DNA from: Leidyana gryllorum EB-2025a
Taxonomy: Eukaryota; Protista; Apicomplexa
Direction of reading: 5' to 3'
DNA: 64,000 bases
Assembly (NCBI GenBank): GCA_048772705.1
Contig: JBLWGC010000202.1
Span: 248,001 to 312,000, forward strand
Part shown: positions 1 through 9,991 of the stretch, one piece after another
Layout: every line of letters starts with the position of its first letter
Numbering within the stretch: position 1 is the stretch's first letter
The notes under the pieces: model-generated
Database searches by the model: none
Told to the model about the DNA's origin: nothing
The model's input: the letters and a program-made list of their open reading frames with translations, nothing else
Program-made: the position numbers and the translations under genes

Positions 1-3000
1 GCGGCCGGTGAGATGGCCACTGCTTTCTTGCGAATGGTCTTCATAGGTGTATGTGTCATCGATAGGGGGTGCTTTGAATGTGAGTTTGATATTATAGGTA
101 CGTCCAGGCAGGATTCCGGGTCCTCTAATTCGTACTAGTTGGTCGACCTTATCGACCTTGATGACATAGCCGTGTCCCGGAAGGCCTCTCTTGATGACTC
201 CAGGGGGCGGAACTAATTTGGGGTCGGTGAAGAGAGTGAGATAGCTGTCATCGCGCCAGTCATGACGGACTCTGGGTTGGTACCGTAGGGTGTTGTGGTT
301 GACAATCTGGATTGTGCAGGCGACTCTGCTGTCTTGGCTGTGTTTGGAGGCTCCGAACTGGGCCATTGGGAGCGCTATGGGCATAGTTCTGTCCAGTTCA
401 GGTCTGAAGACCGCGATGGTGCCGGCAGTGAAGAGGGTCTTTTGCATTCCGTATCGGGGTTGCGTGAGTGGATCATTCTCGTAGAACATTTTGCGTTGAA
501 TTGACTTGGGAACGACGCAGTCTCCGGACATATGGACTCCAATCTCATTGGATATGACGGAGATCTCGCGACAGTTGAAGTCGCGAACGGTTTCAGACTG
601 GAATCCTGGGTAGAGGAAAGAGACTGTGACGTCGCGCTGAGTCAAAGCCGCAATGGTTTGTCGGCCGTAGAAGGCAAGTCTATCCGCCAGTGAGGGGAAA
701 TCGCGGAGGAGATCCACTGTCAATATCAATGAGCTTCGCGTGAACATATAGCATTCGTAGAAACACTTTTGGCATTGACTCCACATCAATTTGGCCGACT
801 CCCAGTTCAAGAAACACACACCGACAGTTGCCAGAATGAAAGAAGAGATCGAAGCAAAGTCATTTCCCAGAAGCCCAACACTGCTTCGACCGCCCATCAT
901 CAACAGGAAACAAATCGTAAACTTCACCGTCTCTGTCAATGCTGGTCCCGTGGCAAAGTGGAACATTGCGTGTGCCGTGCGCGTCTTCCAAAAGTTGTGG
1001 TACTTGAGGTCCTCCCACTTCTCGAACAGCAGCCCATACATAGCATAGAGGGGATGCGAGAACTTTTGGTTATTCTTCAGCTCACGCAGTCTCAGGTAAT
1101 GCTCACGGGCTCGCTGGTCCTTGAAGGGCCACACACTGAACCGCTTCTCTTCCTCGTTCCGGTACTTATTTGCCTTCTCCTCCAGACGGTAGTCCGCCTC
1201 CATTTGAGCGAACCAAGATGCCAGACTCGAGTTCATCACGCCGCTCAGAGTGCAAAAGATCGCCAGACCTCCAGCAGCCACTCCCAAAAGCATCAGAGAC
1301 CGCACGCCAGACACGTCGCTCGTCATAAACGACAGCAACAATATCAACACCACCAACAGAGTGCGGTCAATGGCCCAGTACCCCAGATTGCCCATCTGAG
1401 CTTTGCTGATGAGATTGGATAACGCGTCAGCGTACACCAACGTCAAGTTTTCGCGGGGCACTATGATTGTCATTTGTCGACTCGCAGCCAAATGAGCCCA
1501 GTGTTTCAACAGAATCTCACAGTTGACTTCGCACAACTCTCCATACGCATTCCGGATCGGTTGCTTCGAATACGAGATGAACGCGTCCGGGTATCGGGTT
1601 GACACCTGGTAGTTCCCGTTCATCCCGAGATACTCGGGAGGTCCGACCTTCACAGCGTCGAGGGCCTTGTAGTACTTGAGAGACGCAGGCAAACTGCCGC
1701 GGAGCAGCGGTTCCTCCATCTCGCCTCCTTCATTGCCGGATCCGCCCTTGGCAGCCACCGGAACCGCCCGAGGTGTTTTGTAGGCACCAAAGACGCGCTG
1801 GTTGTCATATTCGTTCCAGGGAGCATTGGTGCGTCGCTCGTCCTCCAAAGCCGGCAGGTTGTTGCCTTCTCCATCGGTCGCTTGGCCTTCGAGCACGTCG
1901 GTGATCTCAATGTCGAAGAGACGGCCAAACAGAGGAAGCCATGGCAAAGGACGCCAGAAAGCCTTGAAGCTCGAGATCCGAGGGTCGCTGTACCGCTGGA
2001 AGGTTTTGGTGTACACCAGAGTGCCTTGATTGAGGGCAATGAGCGCACAGCCGACGCCGAGATAGGCGATCGGGAGAGCGATCAAAAGGAAAGCACAGAT
2101 CCCCGCCAAGTGGCTCGGAGTGGTTTCAAAGCGGCCCAACAGAGTGATTGAAGCGTCTTGGAGGGGTGTGAAGAACAATCCGGCGCAGGCAGTGGTGTAG
2201 GAGATAAGAGCGTAGTCCAAGACGAAGAGCCAGAAACGCGCGGGGTAGAGTATTCGCGGGAAATCCCGACGCGTGGAGGTCATTCCCCGCTCGGATGAGT
2301 GGAGCCAGAAGGCCCATAGACACATATAAACAGCTCCAACAGCAACGAGTCCGATAGTTGTCGTCAGCAGTGAAGTGGTGAAGTCGATGACTTTCTCACT
2401 GTTTTTGTAGGAAACTTCTAATTGTTGCATCAAAGCAGCTCGCTGTTCCTTCGGCAACACGAATAGGCGCCGTCTTCGTGCCGAAGCTGCTTCTTCTTGT
2501 TGTTCTTTGATCAACTTCATCATCGGGGTACAATCATCGCCGGCTGCACACTCCAAGTACTCTGGGTTCTCCACGTCTTCAAGCGCGACTTCGCCTCTGC
2601 GCTGCTTCCCGTCACGCTGCTGACTGAACAGAGCGGCAGAGAAGGCCGCGGCGTCTTGCTCTCGCAGCTTACTGAGCAGATTGCGAACAATCTCACTGTC
2701 AGCCAGAGTCGAGACCCAATTGTGTGTGGTGTCGCTCCATTCCAGAGCCATCGGCAATTGATATTTGGACATTAAGATGCCGTAATTGGCCGGAGGCGCA
2801 ACGTAGCTGTCGCTGCTGAGCAGATCCTCGTCTATGGCGTCGGAAGGCTCGGCGTACAAAGGGGTCTTGGGTGGCGTGGAACTTGAAGAGGCGAAGCGGA
2901 CGAGTTGAGGCATTGAGCCAAATTGGAGATTAAACTTGTGGAAATATCGGGTCCAGAGATCGTATGTTTCCGGCAATCCGTTCACTCGGTTTGTCAAAGA

Positions 3001-5067
3001 CAGCCACTGCAAAAACTTGGCATTGTGGATGAAGTGATAGGCTCGAGTGGATGACACGGCCGTTGAAGCATAGCCCACGATATCGGCCAAACGCCTCAAA
3101 GGGCCCACGTTTGTTGCAGGACGACTGACCACAACGGTGTACTGCTCAGCAACATCGTTTCTAGCCGTCCGGACATTGATTCTGAATTTACGCACTTCGC
3201 CCAATCCCACTCGGAAGTAAGGACTGTGCCCAGTGACGGAGTCCACAGGATAGCCTTCGACATCCACAATGGCCTTTTTGTTTTGCGCAAGGCACACAAA
3301 GCTGATCCAACTGAGATCATTCGCCCCACTGTTCCGCATGTTGACGGTGTAAGGCCCTTTGGTCGTTGGCACAAATGGCTGTTGTAAGGTGGCACCGACG
3401 ACGTCCAGGTTACGCAGCAACGTACTGCCGCCCAATTGGCGCACGACCTGCAGTATATAGCGGACGGAATGGTCCGCGTCGTTGGGATGCACACACTCTA
3501 TCGTGATTGTCGCCGGGTCGTACAGAGCTCCCAGTTTGAGGGCTCGGCTGCTTCCGCTACCAGTGATGAGCTGCACAGTGGGTCCTCCTGCTGTCGCCGA
3601 GTTGTCGTTTCCGGGGCCAGCGTTGACCGCGGAGGCGAGGTCGTCGGGTCCGCCGTTGGCGGGTGTGTTTGAGGCCTGGCCATTGATGGCACACACTGTG
3701 TTCTTGTCGTCCATAGCGGTGAGTCGCAGTTTGACGTTTTGGGAGTGTTCGGAGACGCGAAGGTAATAGCTGTAGTGTGTGGGTTGGAAGGACGGGTCGA
3801 GGCGGCCTGTGGTGGTGCGAAGGTCGTAGAGGTTGGGGTTTGCGGAGGGGAGGAGGTCTGTGAAGATGGTGACGTTGTTGGTGGCGAGGTGTTCCCGGTC
3901 GGTGAGGTATATAGTCTTTTGTGGAGCAGCGGATCGGGGTCTCCAGACGACGTGTTTGGCCTGATCAATGAAGCCTTTCTCGGGTATGAGGGTGGACTCA
4001 TCGGTGAAGGTGAGTGAATTTGCCTCTACGAGGAGGTCGAGGGGTTCGTTCTCGAAGGCTGTAACGTGGAATTCTGTGGCTTTGGGGTTGAAGTCGGCTT
4101 GAGGGAGGGCAGTACCGCGGCCGGCGATGACGCGAGTCGCGGTGGGTATTCTGGAGCTGACCCGTTTGGCATCGATTTGAACGGGATAGCAGGTGTCGGT
4201 GTGTTTGGGGTCGACACAGGCGAGAATATATTCGGTGGAAATATGTCCCTGATCGCTCAAGGCAAAGTTGAGATACTTTTGTAACATCAAACCGTTAGAT
4301 GTCATGGCCTCCTTGAACGGGGCTCCACTGAGGAACTGGGCAGTTACTTTGTGGACGTTCGCAGGACACTCGATGACGAAATAAGTAGCTTCCGGGGACA
4401 ACACTGGCGAGGGACTCAGGCGGCAGTCCTTATTCGAGAGGACTATTCCCAAACGATTCACATTGGCCTCTTTCTCCTGATCAAAGCTCTGGTCAAAGTG
4501 AAAGCCATCCATTCGGTTCTCTTGTTCCTTCAACTCCATCTTGAGCTTGTCGCGCGAAGAGAGAGAGCGCTGCGACTTCTTGCGATACCCAAACTTCTCG
4601 TGATTCATCTCCGCAGAAGGGTCGTAGTAATTGTAACCGCCGCCAGCGGACTTGGCGCTATTAGAATTAGAGTTAGAACTACCGCCGCTAAAGAGGCCCG
4701 CCAGAAATCCCGGCTTGGCCGTTGTCGTACGCGGACCGCTGCCCACCAGCCCGAACCAGGCAGCGCCCCCCACATCGCTCGCCACGCGAGCCGCGGACGC
4801 CGAGGCTGATGGCGCAGCTGCTGCTGCTGGACCCGCGTCGTAGTCGGGGTCGTATTTGACGAGTTGCTGTGCGCTGACGCCTTTTATGGGACCGGCGGCG
4901 CCGCTCCCGCAGACCAACAGGAAGAGACAGACGAGAAAGTAGTAGTAATATCGAGGCGAAGCGGCCGCTCGACGCAATGGCAGCCCGCAACCAGGCGGGC
5001 TCTCACTGCTGCTGCTGCACTGCTGCTGCTGATCGCGCCGCGTTACCATCGTTGGAGGCTCATACAT
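1..5067 (-). CDS. Large membrane protein (>1689 aa, runs off the left edge): N-terminal hydrophobic signal-like segment, ~4 cadherin-like beta-sandwich repeats, then ~7 hydrophobic segments
   Basis: Manual translation gives an uninterrupted frame from ATG 5067 (MYEPPTMV...YYYFLVCLFLLVCGSGAAG) to base 1. It is absent from the ORF track because it has no stop in the window. Repeats such as NLYDLRTTTGRLDPSFQPTHYSYYLRV and LRNLDVVGATLQQPFVPTTKGPYTV...EQYTVVVSR fit the LxxLxxxxGxLxPxFxPxxxxY pattern of the cadherin-like beta-sandwich family (PF12733). TM-like segments include IGLVAVGAVYMCLWAFWL, GICAFLLIALPIAYLGVGCALIAL and LLVVLILLLSFM. Confidence 0.85.
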   Translation of the reverse strand, partial: MYEPPTMVTRRDQQQQCSSSSESPPGCGLPLRRAAASPRYYYYFLVCLFLLVCGSGAAGPIKGVSAQQLVKYDPDYDAGPAAAAAPSASASAARVASDVGGAAWFGLVGSGPRTTTAKPGFLAGLFSGGSSNSNSNSAKSAGGGYNYYDPSAEMNHEKFGYRKKSQRSLSSRDKLKMELKEQENRMDGFHFDQSFDQEKEANVNRLGIVLSNKDCRLSPSPVLSPEATYFVIECPANVHKVTAQFLSGAPFKEAMTSNGLMLQKYLNFALSDQGHISTEYILACVDPKHTDTCYPVQIDAKRVSSRIPTATRVIAGRGTALPQADFNPKATEFHVTAFENEPLDLLVEANSLTFTDESTLIPEKGFIDQAKHVVWRPRSAAPQKTIYLTDREHLATNNVTIFTDLLPSANPNLYDLRTTTGRLDPSFQPTHYSYYLRVSEHSQNVKLRLTAMDDKNTVCAINGQASNTPANGGPDDLASAVNAGPGNDNSATAGGPTVQLITGSGSSRALKLGALYDPATITIECVHPNDADHSVRYILQVVRQLGGSTLLRNLDVVGATLQQPFVPTTKGPYTVNMRNSGANDLSWISFVCLAQNKKAIVDVEGYPVDSVTGHSPYFRVGLGEVRKFRINVRTARNDVAEQYTVVVSRPATNVGPLRRLADIVGYASTAVSSTRAYHFIHNAKFLQWLSLTNRVNGLPETYDLWTRYFHKFNLQFGSMPQLVRFASSSSTPPKTPLYAEPSDAIDEDLLSSDSYVAPPANYGILMSKYQLPMALEWSDTTHNWVSTLADSEIVRNLLSKLREQDAAAFSAALFSQQRDGKQRRGEVALEDVENPEYLECAAGDDCTPMMKLIKEQQEEAASARRRRLFVLPKEQRAALMQQLEVSYKNSEKVIDFTTSLLTTTIGLVAVGAVYMCLWAFWLHSSERGMTSTRRDFPRILYPARFWLFVLDYALISYTTACAGLFFTPLQDASITLLGRFETTPSHLAGICAFLLIALPIAYLGVGCALIALNQGTLVYTKTFQRYSDPRISSFKAFWRPLPWLPLFGRLFDIEITDVLEGQATDGEGNNLPALEDERRTNAPWNEYDNQRVFGAYKTPRAVPVAAKGGSGNEGGEMEEPLLRGSLPASLKYYKALDAVKVGPPEYLGMNGNYQVSTRYPDAFISYSKQPIRNAYGELCEVNCEILLKHWAHLAASRQMTIIVPRENLTLVYADALSNLISKAQMGNLGYWAIDRTLLVVLILLLSFMTSDVSGVRSLMLLGVAAGGLAIFCTLSGVMNSSLASWFAQMEADYRLEEKANKYRNEEEKRFSVWPFKDQRAREHYLRLRELKNNQKFSHPLYAMYGLLFEKWEDLKYHNFWKTRTAHAMFHFATGPALTETVKFTICFLLMMGGRSSVGLLGNDFASISSFILATVGVCFLNWESAKLMWSQCQKCFYECYMFTRSSLILTVDLLRDFPSLADRLAFYGRQTIAALTQRDVTVSFLYPGFQSETVRDFNCREISVISNEIGVHMSGDCVVPKSIQRKMFYENDPLTQPRYGMQKTLFTAGTIAVFRPELDRTMPIALPMAQFGASKHSQDSRVACTIQIVNHNTLRYQPRVRHDWRDDSYLTLFTDPKLVPPPGVIKRGLPGHGYVIKVDKVDQLVRIRGPGILPGRTYNIKLTFKAPPIDDTYTYEDHSQESSGHLTGR

Positions 5068-5530
5068 AGACAGAGATCGCTAAAGGCCCCTCTCAATATG
5101 CAATCAAAATCGCAACGCTCTTCTTATTGGCAGATCTCTCCCAAAAAATTCAACTACCTCCACACTACCCGCCCAGCCATGACTTCTTACAGACAGAGCC
5201 CCCCCACACACACCACTTGAGACACAGAAGACCCACTCCGCGCCGCTCCCGCCGCTTCACCCGCCCAAACCAGAACCACGACACTACACACGGACCGATC
5301 AGCCACCGTATGCCGACATCCCGGACCACTAGCACCGATATAGAACACCATCTTCACTCCCACACAAAGTGTGTGCTGCTACGCCACACACTGTGTGGGA
5401 GTGAAGGAATGAGTGGATGGCGACGTGTACGGCTCCTCCCCTGCGACTATTCCCCCCCTCCGCCCCCTTGAAATGACTTTTTGGGTATATGTACTCTCGT
5501 TCTTGTTAGCCTGGTTATTGAGAGAAGAGG

Positions 5531-6535
5531 ATGAACAGATCACCGGCCCCCCAAAACTCAAGCCCGCCAAACCCGCGGCGTAACAACCCCTGTGGTGTGA
5601 CAGACCACCATTTCGATGTGTACCTGAGCAACACTGTTGCCGCTGAGGTTGTCCTGCGGTTCCTGAGGTCTCGAGGGTACATTATAGAACACGAAGACAT
5701 TGGTCCCTTGCGTCTCCCCTACAATGAAGCGGAGCCGCCACCACCTCCGTCGGTCCCCTCCCCCGCCGTAGAGTCACTCCTCGTAACCAGGACACCTCCT
5801 CAAGTCGCATCAGCCGCGGCGACGGCTGACATTGGCACTCTCATCTACTCGCCCAGCGCCCAACATGAACGACGAGTGCCCTCGTTCCGCGGCGAGGACC
5901 CCAAATTGCGGCCGCAGCACTCCGCTGGCAGCCGCCGGCTGCGAGCGTCCGAGCGCGGGATGTCTACCTCTCCCACTCGCAGTTTACGACTGCACACAGC
6001 TCGAGATCTCTCCACGGTGTTGTCTGCGGTCGCAACGCCAGTGTCGACCGTCGACACTCACACTCCCGTTTCTCCGTCTCCTGCGCATTCTCCTCGCACC
6101 TTAGTGCTCGATCTCTTCTGTATGCTGTCGAGGCCCTCTCGTTCGTGTTTCAGTACCTCTCGCCGTGCCTGCGGCGTGGCCGTCTTTGACGTGTCTCGCG
6201 CCTCGGACCTGGCGACCTCTATAGCCCCCTTTGTCAACCCGCCCGATAGAGCTCTCATCAACACCTCTCTGAACCGGTGTCTCAGCCAATTGATATTGAT
6301 GGAAAAGCGGCTCAGCGCACTCGGCGCCCTCGGCTACCGCGTCACCGAGATCGGATTTGTCTCACCCGCCTTCGACCATCTCACCCCCAAAACGCGCGCC
6401 GAAGCGCTCGATCGTGCCATCAAACACTTCGCGAAACACGCGCCCAAGTGTCACAAACTACACAATAAAGGCCACTGCCACCTACTCGCCCTCCATGGAC
6501 TGAATGTTCTGCGCATACCCAACTTGACCCCCTAA
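5531..6535 (+). CDS. Hypothetical protein, 334 aa, Pro/Ser-rich middle, His/Cys-rich C-terminus
   Basis: Long ATG-initiated ORF filling the gap between two recognisable genes; no family recognised. Confidence 0.6.
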   Translation: MNRSPAPQNSSPPNPRRNNPCGVTDHHFDVYLSNTVAAEVVLRFLRSRGYIIEHEDIGPLRLPYNEAEPPPPPSVPSPAVESLLVTRTPPQVASAAATADIGTLIYSPSAQHERRVPSFRGEDPKLRPQHSAGSRRLRASERGMSTSPTRSLRLHTARDLSTVLSAVATPVSTVDTHTPVSPSPAHSPRTLVLDLFCMLSRPSRSCFSTSRRACGVAVFDVSRASDLATSIAPFVNPPDRALINTSLNRCLSQLILMEKRLSALGALGYRVTEIGFVSPAFDHLTPKTRAEALDRAIKHFAKHAPKCHKLHNKGHCHLLALHGLNVLRIPNLTP

Positions 6536-6555
6536 CTTTCCTTTTTACGGACAAA

Positions 6556-7667
6556 ATGAAACCTCACCTCAGTTTGATCACCATTGATGATGAGGCACTC
6601 ACCAGAACACAAACACTCATCACCTCTCTCGCCCCCCTCCTCCCTCAAGAAGACACAGAAAGAATTGCCAAACAGAGGTTCCCCAACGACAAGGCTCTCC
6701 TCCTCGCTTCTCGCATTCTCGCACGCAAAGGGATCTCCGACCAACTCCAACACGTACCCTTCCAGGATATATACATCAAGCGAAAAGGGGGCTATGCCTC
6801 TGAGAAACCGCTCTTCGTAAGCTCACTGAGCCGTCCAACGCCCAGCCAGGGCTCATACCCTCCCCCGCTGACCCCCTCTCCTCTAACCCCCCCTTTGCAG
6901 GAACCACGCCCCCATCAGAAGATGGTCCATCACAACATGTCCCACGACGGGAAGGTTGTGGCGGGCATTTTCGACCTGAAAGATCCTGTGGGGGTGGACG
7001 TCGCGGCAGTGAAAGCGCGCCGTGATTCGTAAGCGATCAATGAGTGAACTAACTGACTGACTGACTGACTGAATTCTCTCGCCCAGGCAGGAGACGTTTT
7101 TTAATTCGATGCGACGAGTATTCACAGGGCCCGAATGGAGTCTCATAAGAGACCCAAAGTCCCCTCTAGATATATTATCAATCAAGAAGGTCTCACGCGA
7201 TGGGATCAACATGATCCGCGTCGAACAGGTTTACGAATCCCTGCCGCTGAGTGGTAAACAACTCGCCAGATTCATGCTATTGTGGGCGATCAAAGAAGCG
7301 CATCTCAAGTGTCGGGGAGTCGGTAAGTATCTCCGCTAACTCTCTCCATCACCCGTGATTGTGCACCGTGCAGGTCTCACCGTTGATCCTGGAGAATGCA
7401 AAGTGCACGTGGCCTCTGGTGGTGAAGTTTGCGTAGTGCACGACGACTTGCCCCCTTCGGTAGGTACCCCGCCGTCCGTCCCTCCATAGTTTGATCAATC
7501 TCTCTTAGACACAATTTCGCTACAATCTATACGCCCTGGAAGATAGGCAGTTGCATTTCATCTGCGTATGTCGGCAAACAGATCAGTTAGTGGATGAGGA
7601 GGTCTCCATCCAGTCTCTCTCTTGGCTCAGCTCAGAGATATTGGAAACTCACCCATTTGCCAAATAA
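6556..7667 (+). CDS. Sfp/Lys5-type 4'-phosphopantetheinyl transferase (5 exons)
   Basis: Motifs KP..., HNMSHDG, VGVDV and FMLLWAIKEAHLKCRGVGL (WxxKEAxxKxxGxG). GT-AG introns at ~6817-6900, ~7029-7090, ~7323-7373 and ~7460-7508 join the frames; stop TAA at 7665-7667. Confidence 0.88.
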
Positions 7668-7697
7668 ACTCTTTCACCTATTTCTTGTCTTCCAGAT

Positions 7698-8045
7698 ATG
7701 ACATCAGCGGGCCTCGAAAGACACTATGCCGCTCAGGAAGCCAACATTCAGCGAATGAGGGCGGCTGGTCAGCCCGTATGCCTATTGCTCTGTATCGCTC
7801 AAGATGTTACGGACTTGGATACTGTCGCCGAGGCCGCACGACAAACAGGGGCACAGGCACTGCCCTCCTGGGAAGTCAAAATCCGCTCCATTATGAGGGC
7901 CGTTAAAGTCATGGCCCTCGACTTTACTCCCACCAAAGGCACTCAAGCAGAAAGTGAAGAGTTTGGAAGGGAAATACTACAGCTACTTGAAGCCGTTCCC
8001 GGTATAACGAGTGTCGAGGCCGACAGCGTCGCCCACACGTGCTGA
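7698..8045 (+). CDS. Small hypothetical protein (115 aa), weakly EF1B (EF-1beta) exchange-domain-like
   Basis: ATG ORF. The C-terminal WEVKIRSIMRAVKVMAL...EEFGREILQLLEAVPGITSVEADSV loosely recalls the EF1B ferredoxin-like domain ending in 'V.GV.SVEV'. Confidence 0.45.
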   Translation: MTSAGLERHYAAQEANIQRMRAAGQPVCLLLCIAQDVTDLDTVAEAARQTGAQALPSWEVKIRSIMRAVKVMALDFTPTKGTQAESEEFGREILQLLEAVPGITSVEADSVAHTC

Positions 8046-8053
8046 TGGATTCT

Positions 8054-9918
8054 CTAAATGTGGTCTTTGTGCTCCAGCATCGGGTGACAGGTCTGTTCCG
8101 TCCCTGGCATCCCGAGTTGCAGCACATCTAACTGAAGAAGATCACATTCAATTGGCAATGATTCTGGTCCGCCGAGGGACAATGCGTCCTTCAGCAGAGT
8201 GCCAAGGCTCGGCTTCGTCCGCCCACAGTCGCCATGGACGAATTCCTTGATATATGTGCCTGCAGTGATGCATAATTAAGATGAACGAACACGTGTGTGC
8301 ATTTGACAAATATATACGCTCTCCCTCCAAATCGTCAAGCACATTCGGGTATTGGGCCCCTTTTCAAGTGCAACGCTGGGTTTGGATTCGATCATTGCTG
8401 GAGCCCAGACACAAACACGCCAGCGTGGTGGACGGGCTAGACACTTGGGTCTGTGTACTTACCGCTTTCAGCTTCAATTTTTGCTGCAAACAGTCGGTTG
8501 CTTATCTGTTCCACGACCAATTCGTGAATGTGTTTGACTCTGCAGAGAGCGGCTCTCCTGTGCAACACCCTGATGGGGGTCTTTTGGTTGATTTTCAGAG
8601 GCCACGGCTGTTCTCGCAGATATTGGTTCACTTTGGCATCGGAAGACAGCGGAAGGCTGACATTCGAGACGAATAAGAATCCGTATTTCTTCCTTCTGGT
8701 CTCAATTTCGCGCTGAAACTTGCTCATCAAAGTCGCCGTAGAGTTGTACCCCTCGCTGGCCAGCTCCAAATGCGAGAACGCAAGTCCAAATGGAGCCCCA
8801 GAATCATTCAGACTGGCCATGAGGGCCTCACACGACTGTTTCGACGGCATTCGCGCGTTCTTAATCTCGTATACGAAGGGACGTCCCGTCCCAAGCATCC
8901 GCACATCCAGATCCTCCCTGTGGTCAAGTGTACATACCGCAATTCATCCATGATGTACTGCTACTTACCTTCCTGATCCCACCAGGATTCCGACCTCACT
9001 CCCATGGACGGGTAGCATCACTTTCCCCACAACTTCCTCAATAGACGTGACGGGACGATCAACGTTCTCGCCACCCATTGTCCAGATGGACTGTGACACA
9101 TTCCTGGAGGTCTTGGTATAGCATGCTCTGTATAGGATGGGGCCGGCTGCAAAGGTTACCGAACAACGCCATTCGTTCGGGGAGTCCACTTTGCGGATTT
9201 TAGGAGAGGGCGATTTCTCGTGCTTCTGAGCTCCGGTTTCCAGTCCTTCAAAGTTGATAGTGACAGTTGCATTTGCATCCTGTACATTCTTGGCACGCAC
9301 GGAGCGTAAGCTTTCGAGCGCGACCTTCTTGAAGCATCGGCCACTCGATTCGGAAGGCTTCACGGCCTCGAGGAGCGCAGCTTTGACCGCTCCCCGGAGT
9401 GCGGGTATGAGTTCAAAGACTGTATTGATCTCGTCAGAGAGGGAACTGTTTGGACAAAAGATCCTCAGGATCCTTCGCAGTTCGACCCGGTCGAAGAGCT
9501 CTCTCCAATAGTCTCTCAAAGCGGGGGGAACAGTGATGGCTACTGCGAGTTTCTCGTCGGTGGGCGAAGCAGCTCGCTGGGGCACCATATTATGAATGGT
9601 TGCGACAGCTGCACACCAGAAGCAGCACTCGCCATTGACTGTAGTTCCGTTGGGCAAAGCTGTGCTTTTTGGGGCGTCGGTGATGCGTAGTTTGTCGTTC
9701 TGGATGTCGGTGAGAATGTTCCAGCATAGACAGCACCAATCCTTGTTGTCCTTTGTGGCAACTTCAAAGAGGCCTCCGAATAGTTTTTGAACAGCGGAAG
9801 GAGTTTCCGGGCAATCCAGAAGCTCTTTGACGGCAGCACCATCAGTCACGGTGTCTTGGAGGTCGTCGCAGTTCGTCTTGCCCAAGACAGCCAGACAGGC
9901 GGTGCACGGATTGGGCAT
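8054..9918 (-). CDS. PUS10: tRNA pseudouridine synthase Pus10 (3 exons)
   Basis: N-terminal CxxC and CxLC motifs, then YTKTSRNVSQS. The catalytic motif SGR|EDLDVRMLGTGRPF is rebuilt across intron 8918-8968. QKTPIRVLHRR follows, and AESG|TYIKEFVHGDCGRTKPSL spans intron ~8260-8463. Confidence 0.95.
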
Positions 9919-9991
9919 TTTGACCAAAAAAAGGCAAAGTTGAACTATTCTATGAGGGCGGAGGGGCTATGTACACTAATAAGGGGGGGTT

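Noticed and set aside
290-5220. Many short ORFs on both strands in the ORF track
   Set aside because: They are shadows of the single long minus-strand gene 1-5067.
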